Shown one piece after another: positions 63,959 to 64,000 of a DNA stretch of 64,000 bases. The notes beneath the pieces were generated by a model, which worked only from the letters and a program-made list of their open reading frames with translations, did not search any database and was not told where the DNA came from. How positions within the stretch are numbered: the first letter of the stretch is position 1; each line of letters starts with the position of its first letter. The DNA comes from Bigelowiella natans CCMP2755 (taxonomy: Eukaryota; Protista; Cercozoa): contig ADNK01000436.1 in NCBI GenBank assembly GCA_000320545.1, positions 24,587 to 88,586 of the forward strand. The letters are read 5' to 3'. The position numbers were made by a program, and so were the translations under genes.

Positions 63959-64000
<42 letters not shown>

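Larger units (their letters stand above)
800..64000. repeat. Dozens of intronic microsatellites: (TA)n, (CA/TG)n, (CT/GA)n, (ATC)n, (TAG)n, (TTG)n, poly-C/G
   Basis: Directly visible, e.g. (CT)n 814-851, (TA)n ~1908-1942, (TTG)n ~3478-3513, (CAT)n ~29399-29478, (GA)n ~42214-42248. Almost all fall inside modelled introns. Confidence 0.95.

Noticed and set aside
800-64000. Many track ORFs with poly-YI, CV, HT, ER, LS, poly-H/I/M runs
   Set aside because: They are translations of intronic microsatellites, not proteins.
1-64000. tRNA, rRNA or snRNA genes
   Set aside because: No cloverleaf or conserved rRNA/snRNA sequence recognised by eye; a tRNAscan-SE/Infernal run is needed to exclude them formally.

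Overview
Eukaryotic nuclear DNA: gene-dense, intron-rich (GT-AG), with introns packed with microsatellites. A DUF3783 gene with a signal peptide followed by a transit-like peptide points to an alga with a secondary plastid; chlorarachniophyte-like is my inference. By hand-splicing I can support about 16 protein-coding genes: an F-box/LRR protein, a Skp1-WD40 fusion, a Hit1/ZNHIT3-C-like protein, an aldo/keto-reductase-like protein, a TAXIMIN-like Cys-rich protein, DUF3783, a nucleoredoxin-like/DGAT2 fusion, a gluconolactonase, RBX1, three coiled-coil proteins (one DUF4795-like, one with a RING finger), two unknowns, and a gene of more than 12 kb for a membrane tyrosine-kinase-like protein. Highlights: (1) the kinase reads TMs - EF/SH2 - BTB - TK, and its catalytic domain is split between subdomains IX and X by an acidic repeat tract and two ankyrin clusters; (2) a ~1 kb intergenic island is almost free of TpA while keeping CpG, suggesting TpA->TpG/CpA hypermutation (a 'reverse RIP'); (3) a redox-dead thioredoxin fold is fused to DGAT2; (4) Skp1 is fused directly to a WD40 propeller; (5) a protist gene resembles plant TAXIMIN. 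I recognised no rRNA, tRNA or CRISPR array. All exon structures, counts and family calls are manual and not validated by search or RNA data.
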